Translations under genes and position numbers: made by a program
Notes under the pieces: model-generated
Databases searched by the model: none
Seen by the model: the letters and a program-made list of their open reading frames with translations, nothing else
Told to the model about the DNA's origin: nothing
Source: Stegostoma tigrinum
Taxonomy: Eukaryota
DNA: 64,000 nucleotides
NCBI RefSeq assembly: GCF_030684315.1
Contig: NC_081355.1
Location: 54,049,909-54,113,908, forward strand
Direction of reading: 5' to 3'
Part shown: positions 51,955-63,937 of the stretch, piece by piece
How positions within the stretch are numbered: position 1 is the first letter of the stretch
Layout: each line of letters begins with the position of its first letter

Positions 51955-53310
51955 AAGTTTAAGAAGGGAAGCAAAAATAGGAAATTATAGGCTGGTTAAC
52001 CTAACTTCAGTCGTTGGTAAGATTTTAGAGTGCATTATTAAGGATGAGAATGCAGAGTACTTGAAAGTGTATGATAAAGTAGGGCTGCTAGCACAGCTTC
52101 ACCAAGAGGAGGTCATGGCTGCCAAATCTTTTTGAATTCTTTGAGGAGGTAACAAGCAAGTTAAACAAAGGACAGCCAGTGCACATGATCTATTTCAATT
52201 TCCAGAAGGCCTTTCACAAAGTGTTGCATATAGCAGGCTGTGAAATAACATAAGAGCCCATGGAATTTAGGGCAAAGTACTAACACTGACAGAGGTTTAG
52301 CTGCCTGGCAGAAGGCAGAGAATGTGGATAAAGGAGTCTTTTTCAGGATGGCAGCTGGTGACTAGTACAGTTCCTGAGGGATCAGTGTTAGGACAACAAC
52401 TATTCACGTTATACATTAATAATCTGGCCAAAGGAAGTGAGGGCATTGTCGTTACATTTGAAGATGTCACAATGATAGGTGGAGGGACACGTAGTGTTGA
52501 GGAATCAGGGAGGCTGCAGAAGGACTTAGATAGGCTAAAGACTGGGTAAAGATGTAGCAGATGGTGGGCAAGTGTGAGGTTGTGCACTCTGGGGAAAGGC
52601 TTCAGAAATATGAAGCACAAAGGGTCTTAGGAGTCCTAGTTCAGGATTCTCTTAAGGTTAGTAGGCAGGTTCAGTCAGCAGTTCAGAAGGCAAATGCAAT
52701 GCTCGCATTCATTTTGTGAGGGTTAGCATATAACAGCAAGAATGTACTGCTAAGGCTAAAGCCTCTGGTCAGACCGCATTTGGATATGAGCAGTTTTAGG
52801 TCCCATTTATAAGGAAGGATGTGCTGGCCTTGAAGGCTATTCAGTGAACGTTTACCAAGGATAATCTCGGGGATGAAGGGCTTGTCATTAGAGGAACAGC
52901 TGAGAATTCTGGGTCTGTACTTGATGGAGTTTAGAAGGATGATGGGGGTTTCTGGTTAAAATTTACAAAATACTGACAGGCATGGATAGAATGTAATGGT
53001 AGGAGAGACTAGGACTCTAGGGCACAGCTTCAGAATAAAGGGACAACCCTTTAGAAAAGAGATGGGGAGAAATTTCTCCAGAGGATGGTGAATCTGTGGA
53101 ATTCATTGCCACAGAGGGCTATGGAGGCCATGTCATTGAATGTATTTAAGATAGAGATGGATAAGTTTTCAATTAGGAAGGGGGTCAAAGGTTATGGGGA
53201 GAAGGCAGGGGAGTGGTGACGAGAAACATATCAGCCATCTAATGCAGATCAGGCATGATGGGTCGACTGGCCTAAATCTGCTCCTATTTTTCATGGTCTT
53301 ATAATTAGAC
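51955..53310 (+). mobile_element. CR1 LINE ORF2 3' remnant
   Basis: GNYRLVNLTSVVGKILE and VPEGSVLGQQLFTLYINNL peptides followed by a CR1 3' end. Confidence 0.85.
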
Positions 53311-53680
53311 ATTCCTTTACTAATTGTGTTGCTACTCCACTCCTTTGTATTCCAGCCCCTTTGAGTTAAAAAATAATATTCCACTAGCATTTTGAATTAA
53401 TTTTAGCGATAAATATACCAAAAAGTGCATAATCAATGTGACCTTGAAATCTTGATAAAAAATATAGCAGGATTACTTTATGAAGAATTGGCTTTTTGCA
53501 ACATGGTCAATTATGGGCAATTTTCAGTTGATTGCTTTTGTGAATTTGCCATGTAAGTAAAAATAACATGCTTCACACACATTACACATGCAACAGTCAT
53601 AAACATTTCAATGATATAGACAGATAAATCATATGGTAAATGAATTGTTCACAGACAAAAAAGAAAGAACATTATAATAC

Positions 53681-53997
53681 CTGAAGTTCATTCTTAACTT
53701 CTTTATTCTTTATCCACATCTTGCCCTGATTTTGTGGATCAACCAGCAATGGGTAACGAGCTGCTTTGGTAACAATAATTCCATTTTGGATAGACAACTC
53801 ATCATTTGGTAAACCTTCTAGACTCCATTCACCAATTGTAGGAATGTCAATTAGCATTTCTGTAAGGTTCAAGTTGCTGGCAAAGGGAATCTTTCGAGAT
53901 TTCATTTCTTTCTCCCAATCTCTCAAAAGCAAATTACGGAACTCTTGATTAAATGGGCCTGAATATGACAAAAAGGCAGTTGCCAACAATACATCAC
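53681..53997 (-). CDS. DNAH5: Dynein heavy chain exon (first in window; end of stalk into AAA5), (G)[20 protein letters not shown]...[12 protein letters not shown]...[11 protein letters not shown]...ELQ
   Basis: cag|GT acceptor (phase 1), CAG|gtatt donor; 317 nt. No further upstream exon was seen before 64000, so this intron is >10 kb and holds the ERV. Confidence 0.92.
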
Positions 53998-54230
53998 CTG
54001 GAACAACAAATCAAAAACAGGAAAACATTAGCAGTTCAGGCTCTTTGCTTAATATCTCAAAACCACATTAATAACTTCAGAGCTCTTTTGCACTTCCGAC
54101 TCAGGGCAGCAACAGAGTGTGTAAATACTTCAGTAGAGGGAAGAAGGCTTATAGATGAGAAGCGAACATCAGCAACAAGGTAATTTTAAAAAAAAATGCA
54201 TCTTTCACTACTTTAGGGATTAATTCAGGG

Positions 54231-54548
54231 AAGCACAACGGCTCAGTGGTTAGCACTGCTGCCTCACAGCACCCTTCCGGGTGGAATCAACCCAGGTTCG
54301 ATGCCACTCCTTGGGTGACTGTGTTCTCCCCATGTCTGCGTGGGTTTCCCCCAGGTGCTCTGGTTTCCTCCCACAGTCCAAAGATGTGCAAACTAGGTGA
54401 ATTGGCTTTACTAAATTGCCTGTAGTGTTCAGGGATGTGTAAGTTGGGTGTTTATAGGGGGATAGGTCTGGGTGGGATGCTCTGAGAGGGTCAGTATACA
54501 CTTGTTGGGGCAAAGGGCCTGTTTCCACAGTGTAGAGATTCTATGATC
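54231..54548 (+). mobile_element. HE1-like V-SINE
   Basis: Same family, with small internal deletions. Confidence 0.78.
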
Positions 54549-54559
54549 TAAGGGATATG

Positions 54560-55035
54560 AGTTCAAAAGACAATTACTAGAATTATACCAGGTATGAAGG
54601 ATTTTGGATGAAAGGAAAAATTAGGCTTATTCTCTTTAGAGCAGAGAACATTAAGAGGTGACCTTAGTGAGGTGTCCAAAATTATGAACCATTTTTACAG
54701 GATAAATAAGGATATTCTTTTTCACGAGTTGGTGTGTCAGTAACTGAGGGTCACAATTTCAAGACAGTCAGCAAAAGATTTAGGAGAGAGATGAGGAGAA
54801 ACTTCTTTACTCAGAGAGAATTGTTAGAATTTGGAATGCGTTGCCTGGGAGACAGGTGGAGGTGGATTCCATGGGAGGTTTGAGAAGTGAACAGGATGTA
54901 TATTTGAAAGTGTTGAAGTTAGAGGGTAATTGAGATAGGGTTGGAGAGCGGGGCAAGCTGGGGAACACTTTCAGGAGCTGGTACAGACATGATGGGTCAA
55001 ATGGTCTCTTTTTGTGCTGTAAAATTCTATGATTT
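54560..55035 (+). mobile_element. CR1 LINE 3' fragment
   Basis: Typical CR1 C-terminal DNA (FTQRIVRIWNALP) and tail. Confidence 0.7.
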
Positions 55036-55134
55036 GATGATAAACCAGTGATGACACCTGTGCGCTTCACCAAAATAGTGAAATGAGGACTTTTATGTTC
55101 ATTTGAGGCAATGGGGAGGCTTTGGTTTAATGTC

Positions 55135-55662
55135 TGTGAGAGATGAGGATGATTAAACTGCAGTGAAAAGAATTACTCAGCTTTGAACAAAAAGACATCT
55201 AGTACTGAGTCGAGTGATAAGAAAAGGAGGTGAGGGCCAAGTGGTTAGAAACCAGAATGAACTGGTCCAAAACTACTAGCAGACACCCAGAGGGTGAAAA
55301 GGTTAAACTTTGCACAATAGACATAGTTGAAGCGCATGCCTAATGAGAGAATGCATATTAACTTTTACGCCCATGCTTGCGAAGTTGCTTAATTAGCATA
55401 ACATACGATGTATGAAGGGGGTAGGACAAGGGAAGTAACGGAAAGATTGTGCACCTTGGAGCTCAGATTGGACGGAGCTAAAAGGGGAGGATCTAGCCGG
55501 ATAAATGATGTATAAAAAGGGGAAGTTCCCTGGCCTGTGTGTGCCTCAGGCAACGGGGGGGCACCTGATTCTGCAGACTCATAATAGAGCTTAGGTTACG
55601 TGTTTCCAAGACTTTGCCTCCACTGACTCTGTGATTGTGAGCACGTGAATCTATGTCTCACA
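55135..55662 (+). repeat. ERV 5' LTR (528 bp)
   Basis: Direct repeat of 61558-62084 with about 24 substitutions and 1 indel by manual count; TATAAA at about 55511. Confidence 0.95.
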
Positions 55663-55666
55663 AGCT

Positions 55667-55684
55667 TGGGGGCTCGTCCGGGAT
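55667..55684 (+). promoter_or_regulatory. Primer binding site, tRNA-Pro
   Basis: TGGGGGCTCGTCCGGGAT, the canonical 18-nt tRNA-Pro PBS (as in MLV), 4 nt after the LTR. Confidence 0.95.
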
Positions 55685-55957
55685 CCACACTCTGAGTTGT
55701 CCGGCGGTGGGTTCGGAAGAAGGGAAGGCGCGCCCCACTGAGTTCGGCGGTCCCAGACATCCTTGCATGCCATTGGGCGGCTCGAGCGAGAGGTATCCGG
55801 ATAGGAGACTCTGGAAACAAGTGGGTTTAGGTTAAGGGCCCTTGGAACGAAAATCGATCGAGCAATTCTTGTGCACAAGACCCGGGTAAGAAAATTGACT
55901 ATTACGTATTATCTGGGCAATCGGGGGTAATCTGTCGAGGGAAAATATTTGACAGGG

Positions 55958-56602
55958 ATGGGAGATCAGCGCGTGAAAGCTGAAAGACCCTGGGAAGAGG
56001 AGAAGGGGCCAGGAAAAAGGGGTCCTGAGATTCCGCCCGATAGTCCGTTGGGGTGGATGTTAGAAAACTGGAAGGGAGGAAGGACTAGGAGTAAGAATAA
56101 AAAGAATACAGTTAAATATTGTTACTAAGGATGAAGCCCCGACAGCTTTTTTATAGAGGTTGCGGAGAAATATGAAGCAAGTTTCGGACATCGATCCAAA
56201 TTCAGAATTTGGGCAACAACTTCTGAGGACAAATTTTGTAATCAAATCCTAGACCGATATTGAGTGGAAATTAGAAAAGATGAATGATTCGAATAAAAAG
56301 CCTCTAGACGAGTTATTGTCCGACGGGAAGACGAAAAACAAAAAGGGAAAGCAAAAATGATGATGCAGGCGGTAGAGCAAGTTGTTGAAAAGAAGTGGGA
56401 ATGTGAAGGACAGCGGGCGGCCCCGAGAAGAAGAGGAAGGGGCGTGGCGGGAGGCAAAAGAAGGGAAAGGGAAAGAGAACAAATATGGAAGACGGGACCC
56501 TTAAGATGTTATCACTGTAACGAGGAGGGACATTTCAAGTGGGAATGTCCTAAACTAAGGATGAAGGTCAGCTCCTATGCCTTGATGGAGGAGGAAGATT
56601 AG
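55958..56602 (+). pseudogene. gag: ERV gag, internally deleted and disrupted
   Basis: ATG at 55958 gives MGDQ...IPPDSPLGWMLENWK...VKYC, then an abrupt jump to MHR-like KDEAPTAFL*RLR; single CCHC knuckle CYHCNEEGHFKWEC; TAG at 56600-56602. Confidence 0.85.
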
Positions 56603-59600
56603 GGGGGTCGGGGGTTCCCTTCCTAGGGGTCAATGGGATATCAACAGGAACCCCTAGTAAACTTAAAAATTGGACCCCAAGGAGAAGAGTTGGTGTTTAT
56701 GGTGGACTCCGGAGCCGAAAGATCGAGGGTAGTACAAATTCCACAGGGTCTGACGGTGGGAAAGGAAAGTATAAAAATATTCGGAGTCGGGGGGAAGGGT
56801 GATGGAGATGTCGGTGATTGAAGGAGTATATGTAAGATATCAAGACCAGGAGACGGTAGAGGACCCGATTGTAGTACCGCAAGTCGGGGTAAACCTCATG
56901 GGATGGGATCTACAAATCCGTTTGGGGGTAGGGACTGCCCCCATGGAAGGACACATTGTGATCCAGCTATACCACCTAAGGGAGGGAGATGAAAAAGAGA
57001 TCGAGGACCGAGTCTGGTCTGGGAAAGGGAACAGAGGAGGCCTGCAGATACCACCGCTTCAGATAACCGTGAAGGAAGGATGTGGTCCGGTATGAGTTAG
57101 ACAATATCCCATATCAATAGAGGGACAGAAGGGGCTCCAATCGGTTATTGAAAATCTCTTGCGAGATGGACTGATAGAAGGATGCATGTCTCCCTGTAAC
57201 ACACCGGTCCTACCAGCACGGAAGGCCGATGGGACGTTCCGCCTCGTCCAAGACCTCAGAGAATTAAATAAAATTGTCCAGACTCGACATCCAGTTGTCC
57301 CAAATCCTGATACCATCCTCAATCGGATTCCTCCCAATCATGAGTGGTTCATGTGGTTGATCTGAAGGATGCTTTTTGAAGTTGCCCGCTCGCCGAAAGG
57401 TGTCGGGACCTGTTTGCCTTCGAATGGGAGGACCCCCAGACCGGGAGGAAGCAACAGTAGCGGTGGACAGTTCTTCCCCAAGGATTCACTGAATCCCCTA
57501 ACTTGTTTGGTCAAGTCTTAGAACAGGTATTAGAGGAATACCATGGGGCCCTGGGTACGCCACTGATACAATATGTGGATGATCTTCTAGTCTCAGGAGA
57601 AAGAGAGAGAGAAGTATGATATTCCACTATAACGTTATTAAACTTACTGGGAAGGAAGGGGTTGAGGGTGTCCAAGAACAAGTTGCAATTTGTCGAGCAG
57701 GAGGTGAAATACTTGGGTCATTTAATAAGTCAAGGGAAAAGAAGAATAGGTCCGGAAAGAATCGCTGGAATTACTAGTTTGCCCCTACCGAAGAGTCAGA
57801 CAGAAATTCGAAGGTTCCTAAGGCTCATTGGGTACTGTAGATTGTGGATCGACGAATATGCCCAATGAGTCAGGTTTTTGTATGACAAACTAGGAGGAGA
57901 AGATGAGAAGATAACATAGACTCCACAAGAGCAACAAAAGTACACTATTTTAAAAAAACAGCCTGGTAAACGCTCCGGTTCTGGCTCTACCCTCAGCCAA
58001 TCAACCCTTCCACTTGTTCGTGAATGCCGAGAACGGGGTAGCCTTGGGAGTGCTAACTCAGAAGCAAGGAGGTCAACGGCACCCCGTGGCTTTCCTCTTG
58101 AAGGTTCTGGATCCAGTATCCCGTGGCTGGCCGGTGTGCATTCAAGCGATTGCAGCCACAGCCATCCTGGTTGAGGAAAGTCGGAAACCCACTTTTGGAG
58201 GAAACCTGGTAGTATCTACCTCAGAACTGTCAGAATGATTCTGGCCCAGAAATCTCATCGATGGCTGACAGATTCCAGGATATTGAAGTATGAGGCTATT
58301 TTGATGGAAAAAGACGACTTAACCATCGTCACAGACAAGAGCTTAAATCCTTCCCGGTTCCTATATCCGCCTGAGGGAGGGGAAGAATCTGGGAACCCGG
58401 AGCATAATTGCAGTGAGGTAATAGAGCTACAGACAAAAAGCAGGGATGACCTGGAGGAGGAACCCCTTGCAGAGGGGTGTAGGTGGTTTATAGATGGGTC
58501 ATCCTGCTGCATTGATGGAAAAAGATACAGTGGATATGCCATCATCGACGGGACCATGGAAACTGAAGTAGAGTCTGGGAGACTGCCTGGAGGTTGGTCT
58601 GCCCAATCCTGTGAACTATATGCTCTGATGAGAGCGTTAGAATTATTGGAGAATCAAGAAGTTGCTATATATACTGACTCGAAATATGTGTTCGGGGTAG
58701 TACACACTTTTGGGAAGATCTGGAAGGAACGAGGAATGACTACAGCAAGAGGAAAAGAGCTAGCTCATGAACAACTTATTGAAAAGACCTTGGAAGCCCT
58801 ATTAAAACCTGAAAAGATTGCAGTGGTGCATGTCTCGGGACATCAGAAGGGACATTCGCCTGAGGCTAGGGGAAACAGATTGGCAGATAAGGTGGCGTGG
58901 CAAGCCGCCCAATCTGGGACTGTGCGGATGTCCCTTATTCCCCTGAGAGAAGGGGTAAAGAAGGTGCCGGTGTTCTCGGTGTTCGATGAAGTACGAACGG
59001 AGGACCTGGGAGCCAGGATGGCAAGAGATGGGAGGTGGTGGCTCCCTGATGGGAGACAGCTGTTGAACAAGGAGATCACCACAGAACTGTTGGGAGAATT
59101 GCACTCCCAGTCGCACTGGGGAGCCCAAGCATTATGTGATGCTCTCTTGCAGGTGTATGCCTGTAGGGGGATCTTCACCCTGGCAAAGCAAGCGGTCTCT
59201 CGATGTATAATTTGTCAGAAGATAAATAAGAAGGTGATGAGAGCCACGCCAGGAGGGGGGCAGCTGTTGGCAATCTGACCGTTCCAAAGAATACAAGTGG
59301 ATTTCACCGAGCTCCCCAGGGTCCAGAGATGGAAGTACCTGTTGGTGATAGTTGATCACTTTACCAGGTGGGTGGAAGCCTTTCCCGCTGTCAGTGCCAC
59401 ATCCCAAGTGGTGGCCAAGATTCTCTTGGAACATGTGATTCCCAGATATGGGATAATAGAGTCTCTAGACTCAGATTGTGGAACACATTTTGCTTCCAAG
59501 ACACATGAACTGATTTGTGACACTTTAGGGATGAAATGGAAGTTACATGCACCATGGCACCCACAGAGCTTGGGAATGGTCGAACGAATGAACGCCATTC

Positions 59601-60142
59601 TAAAGACTCAGATAACGAAATTGATGGAAGTAGACGAAGCTCCCCTGGACTAAATGTTTGCCGATAGCTCTGCTCAGGATACGCACCGCTCCCCGCAGAG
59701 ATATAGGGGAGTCCCCTTACGAGATGTTGTTCGGGCTCCTATACATGGGAAAGATAGAAGGGGTGCCCACTATTGAGGGTAATGATGTATTTCTAAGGAA
59801 CTATTTACAGGCATACACCCGCAAGAGAGCATCACTCGTTCCCTTACAGAGTTAAAGGCCAAAGGGCTGTTGGCGCAGAGTCCTCCTCTCAATTTTTCTA
59901 TCCACTCGGTCAAGGCAGGAGACTGGGTTTTGGTCAAGTCGTGGAGGGAAGAAAAACTCCAGCCGCAGTGGACTGGTCCATACCTGGTGCTGCTGACAAC
60001 AGAGACAGCAGTCCGAATGAAAGAAAAAGGGTGGATGCATGCGGCACGGATAAAGGGGCCAGTGGATCCGCCGGCTGAGGAAGAGTGGGAGGCACGGGAG
60101 GGGGATAACCCATTGACTTTAAAATTGAAGAAGATAATATGA
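56603..60142 (+). pseudogene. pol: ERV pro-pol (protease, RT, RNase H, integrase) with stops and frameshifts
   Basis: FMVDSGA protease site; FRLVQDLRELN, LPQGF and YVDD (about 57572); WFIDGSS and IYTDSKY RNase H; HHCC, DFTE, DSDCGTHF and WTGPY integrase. Confidence 0.92.
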
Positions 60143-61534
60143 AGGGTTTACACTGTACTGTTATTTTGTTGTCAATTGTAGCCTGGGGAGAGGGAAAGAA
60201 TCATTTTTACCACTTTATGTCAAAACTATGCTAGACAAACGGGGCGTACCAACTGCTGGGTGTGTGCTGCGATCCCACATCATGGGGAATCCAGAATTCC
60301 TCTTACTGTTGTACCTCTGATCAAAGAAGAAATAGGCGAGGTGCTGCAGTTTGACTCCACTTTAAATGATACATGGGAATCGGTCAGGGGTGCATAGAAT
60401 TCTAGTTACGGGAATTGGTGGCCGCGTTGGGGAAGGTGGAACGGGAGCAAGGGGAATTATAGTTTCAAGGAATGGTTTCCTCGGCCGGCCCCACAGACCC
60501 AAGGTGCAATTGACGGTCTCAGAGTTTCACCACCTGGGGGACAGGTTAACTCAACGTGTTTCTGTAACTGGAATGATAGAGCCCCGTTCCAATTGGGGAA
60601 TTTGTCTTGTAAATTAAACATTCTAGCCTCAGACACCACCCTACCCCGAGTTTTGAATGGGATGCGCTGGGTTTGCAATAAAAGGTGTATCCATATCTAT
60701 CCGGGGATATGCACCAACACCGAGGGGAGGAGGGGTCTGGGTGGGGGAGATCCTTGCCCCATGATCAAAAGGGATGGAGTGGCTGTTGTTACCTAGCCTA
60801 TTTGGTTCCACATATGAGACTCCTGGGGCGGACCCCTAAGCTAAACCAGAGGCAAGGAGGAGGGAGACGTAACCTCCAAAAAGTAACTGAGGGGGATCGT
60901 CTCCTCTGGACCCTGTTACCCATGTGTGGGACTGCCCGATCAGGGAGAGAGATACAGAAGCTGGCGGCCTCTCTGGAGGAGTTGGCCAATGACACTGCTG
61001 ATGTGTTAGCCGATACCCAATCCCACGTGGAGGCCATAATCACTGCGATGATTGCCACTAGGCTAACGGCTCTTCAAAATCAGATGGCTCTAGACATTGT
61101 TCTAGCCGAAAAGGGCGGTACCTGTGCCCTAATTAGGGTAGAATGTTGTACATACATACATACCGGACGCCTCCCCCAATATTACTGATATCTCCCAGCA
61201 CATGCGAGACCAGATTGCCAAAATAAGGGAAGCCGGTAACAGGTACCGGAATGAGAAAGGATGGGAATGGGGAAATTGGGGATTGACCGGTTGGGGAAGT
61301 TGGCTGCTCAATTTGGCCATTTATGGATTGTTGATACTGGTGGGTCTGGTGGTGGGGCTCAATGTCCTGAAATGTGTATTGATCCGATTGATGACATCCC
61401 TTGAAGGGGGGACCCAGGTTCACTGCCAAAGGCTTCTGCAATTGGAGGATAGTACGCAGCAGAGAGAGATTCAGAGGATGCTCTGGGGGTTCGAGGGACG
61501 GGATCCCAAGGTGCAGTTTAATCATAATGCGTAG
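60139..61534 (+). pseudogene. env: ERV env (gamma-type), frameshifted
   Basis: TNCWVC (CXXC) near 60250; ISD-like LQNQMALDIVLAEKGGT followed by CALIRVECC (CX6CC); hydrophobic TM in ORF 61202-61534. Start is approximate. Confidence 0.85.
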
Positions 61535-61535
61535 C

Positions 61536-61553
61536 AAAAAGAAAAAGGGTGGA
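61536..61553 (+). promoter_or_regulatory. Polypurine tract
   Basis: AAAAAGAAAAAGGGTGGA just upstream of the 3' LTR. Confidence 0.8.
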
Positions 61554-61557
61554 TAAT

Positions 61558-62084
61558 TGTGAGAGATAAGGATGATTAAACTGCAGTGAAAAGAATTACT
61601 CAGCTTTGAACAAAAAGACATCTAGTACTGAGCCGAGTGATAAGAAAAGGAGTTGAGGGCCAAATGGTTAGAAACCAGAATGAACCGGTCCAAAACTACT
61701 AGCAGACACCCAGAGGGTGAAAGGGTTAAACTTTGCACAATAGACATACTTGAAGCGCATGCCTAATAAGAGAATGCATATTAACTTTTACGCCCATGCT
61801 TGCAGAGCTGCTTAATTAGCTTAACATGCGATGTACGAAGGGGGTGGGACAAGGGAAGTAACGGAAAGATTGTGCACCTTGGAGCTCAGATTGGATGGAG
61901 CTAAAAGGGGAGGATCTAGCCGGATAAATGATGTATAAAAAGGGGAGGCTCCCTGGCCTGTGTGCGCCTCAGGCAACGGTGGGCACCCGATTCTGCAGAC
62001 TCGTAATAGAGCTTAGGTTACTTGTTTCCAAGACTTTGCCTCCACTGACTCTGTGATTGTGAGCACGTGAATCTATATCTCACA
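61558..62084 (+). repeat. ERV 3' LTR (527 bp)
   Basis: Copy of the 5' LTR, followed by TSD TGTC. Confidence 0.95.
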
Positions 62085-63790
62085 TGTCTGCTCTGACAAA
62101 AGATCTGTAGGTGCAGTTGGAGAGCAATGACAATGATCCAAACACAACAATCTGCAGGACACATTCTTAAAGTGAAAGAATTAATCCAAAATGTGTTTTA
62201 AAAATTGCAATAAAAGACATTTTCTGTAGGGTGCACTTTATGAATGGGATTTTCAGTTCAGAGGGAAAAAGAGCAATTACTTAATCTGTCTGGTCTGGAA
62301 TATCTTGCGTTGCCCCGAAGTTATGTATATGATGCACCTCTGGAGGGTTCAATTTAGGACTGGTGAAGAGAAGAAAGGGCTCATTCTTAAGCCTCCCACC
62401 TTAGTTCCCTCTGTCTATAATCAGTAGATGAAGGTGCTTAACCAGAGGGAAGACAAAAGAAGCTGGTTCTGGGGCTTATGTCAAGGTTTATGGGCAGATA
62501 TACAGTAAGAAGACAAAAGTTTCATGTTTCTTCAATATGTCTCTGCCCTCACCTGCAGCCAATCCCAGCCCAGAATACTCAGAATGATTCTTGAGATCTT
62601 TCCTCCAGATGCTACATGGCTGGTTGTGTTCTTCCAGCCTCCTGTTTGTCAACAACGCAACAACCCTTGTTTCCTTCATTTCTCTCTTTTACCCCAGTTC
62701 AAGAGACAATTTTTGATCAGCAGCTCCAGGCCGTAACTCAGGCCAGATAAATCAAGGGCATTCCCAACATCATCCTCCCCAACTGCCATCACCGCCCACA
62801 CTCCAGAACCATCCAATCACTATATGAAGAAAATCAGTTGTGCAAACTACTTTTTGATTCATATCTGCACAGCACACATTGTGTCAACACAGTCCTATTC
62901 TGGAATAACAGCCTGAGTTGATACTGGATTGAAGCTAGACAGACTCCAGAAAAAGGCAGTCTCACTTCACTTTGTTTTCAAGACAATTCAGGCCTTCATA
63001 CTTGATTTACATTCAAAAGTCTTAGCTCCAATGCAAAGCTGATTGAGCACTAAGCCTGCAATGAGAATGAACCATTAAGCTTATTACAGTGTGCTGGTCT
63101 TAAATTATATTCAAAACTTATGGTACAGCTGCTGTTGAAATAAAATCCATTGCATATTGATTAAAAATGCTGCTTTGATGTTTAATGTTGTTAGCTGCAG
63201 TGACAGTTTAGTATACCATATTGATCAATATTGCATAGTGTCCATTATCTAGAGCGGGCCCAATTTTAATGATTCCAAACAAATTTAGATTTCCTCCAGC
63301 AAAGTATTAATATTCACGTTATTGGTTTTACAATATTATGAATGATATTATTTAAACAATCATTTTTCAAGTTGTTTGACAATGCAGAACTTGAGAATTG
63401 TTGAACCAAGGCTCGTTTTTCCAAAGCTTTCCATTCTGCACTCATCTGGACAAATAATAAAAACATCACAGTAAAAGGCAAAATTCTTGATACTTTAAGA
63501 GAGTTGAGTGCTAGCTGGTTGGCAATTGTAGTCCAATTCAAAGACGGCGAAAAGTATGCTGCCTGTTTGTGCATAAATTTTAAACAGACAGTTTATGGTA
63601 AGAGTCAACCTGCTGAGTTTAAAATTTAAACAAGGCCTGACTATTACCCATCAATCATCAATAACTGCATTCTCCATGGCAAATACCTGCACCATGGTCT
63701 GTATGCCAACCAAACGTCAATTTTTTTTCCTTAAATTGGTGTCCTTTCGAATTGTCTTGATGAGTTCAAGACAAAAAGCTTTAATCAAAT

Positions 63791-63937
63791 GAGATAGTAG
63801 GAACTGCAGATGTTGGAGAATCTGAGATAACAAGGCGTAGAGCTGGATGAACACAGCAGGCCAAGCAGCATCAGGGGACCAGGAAAGCTGATGTTTCAGG
63901 CCTAGACCCTTCTTCAGAAAGTTATCTTTTGTTACCT
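63791..63937 (-). mobile_element. PLE terminal-repeat fragment with HHR-like motif
   Basis: Same 3' repeat; degenerate TSD AAGCTTTAAT..AA.GAG at 63776-63793 and 63938-63955. Confidence 0.8.

Larger units (their letters stand above)
55135..62084 (+). mobile_element. Endogenous retrovirus (class I, gamma/epsilon-like, HERV-I-like), defective near full-length provirus
   Basis: Two LTRs (TGTGAGA...TCTCACA), 4-bp TSD TGTC (55131-55134 and 62085-62088), PBS, PPT and gag-pro-pol-env remnants. Confidence 0.96.

Noticed and set aside
1515-53997. Assignment to DNAH8 or to a dynein pseudogene
   Set aside because: Residues fit DNAH5 better from memory (a DNAH5-like paralogue is not excluded), and all 14 exons have GT-AG sites and continuous frame with no stops.
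56240-57925. Several apparent TGG to TAG/TGA stops in the ERV suggesting APOBEC-type editing
   Set aside because: Only 3-4 cases; Trp codons reach stops by ordinary transitions, and the LTR differences are not one-directional G-to-A.
62100-63780. Next upstream dynein exon
   Set aside because: I found no dynein-like peptide with splice sites; the short ORFs here look non-coding.
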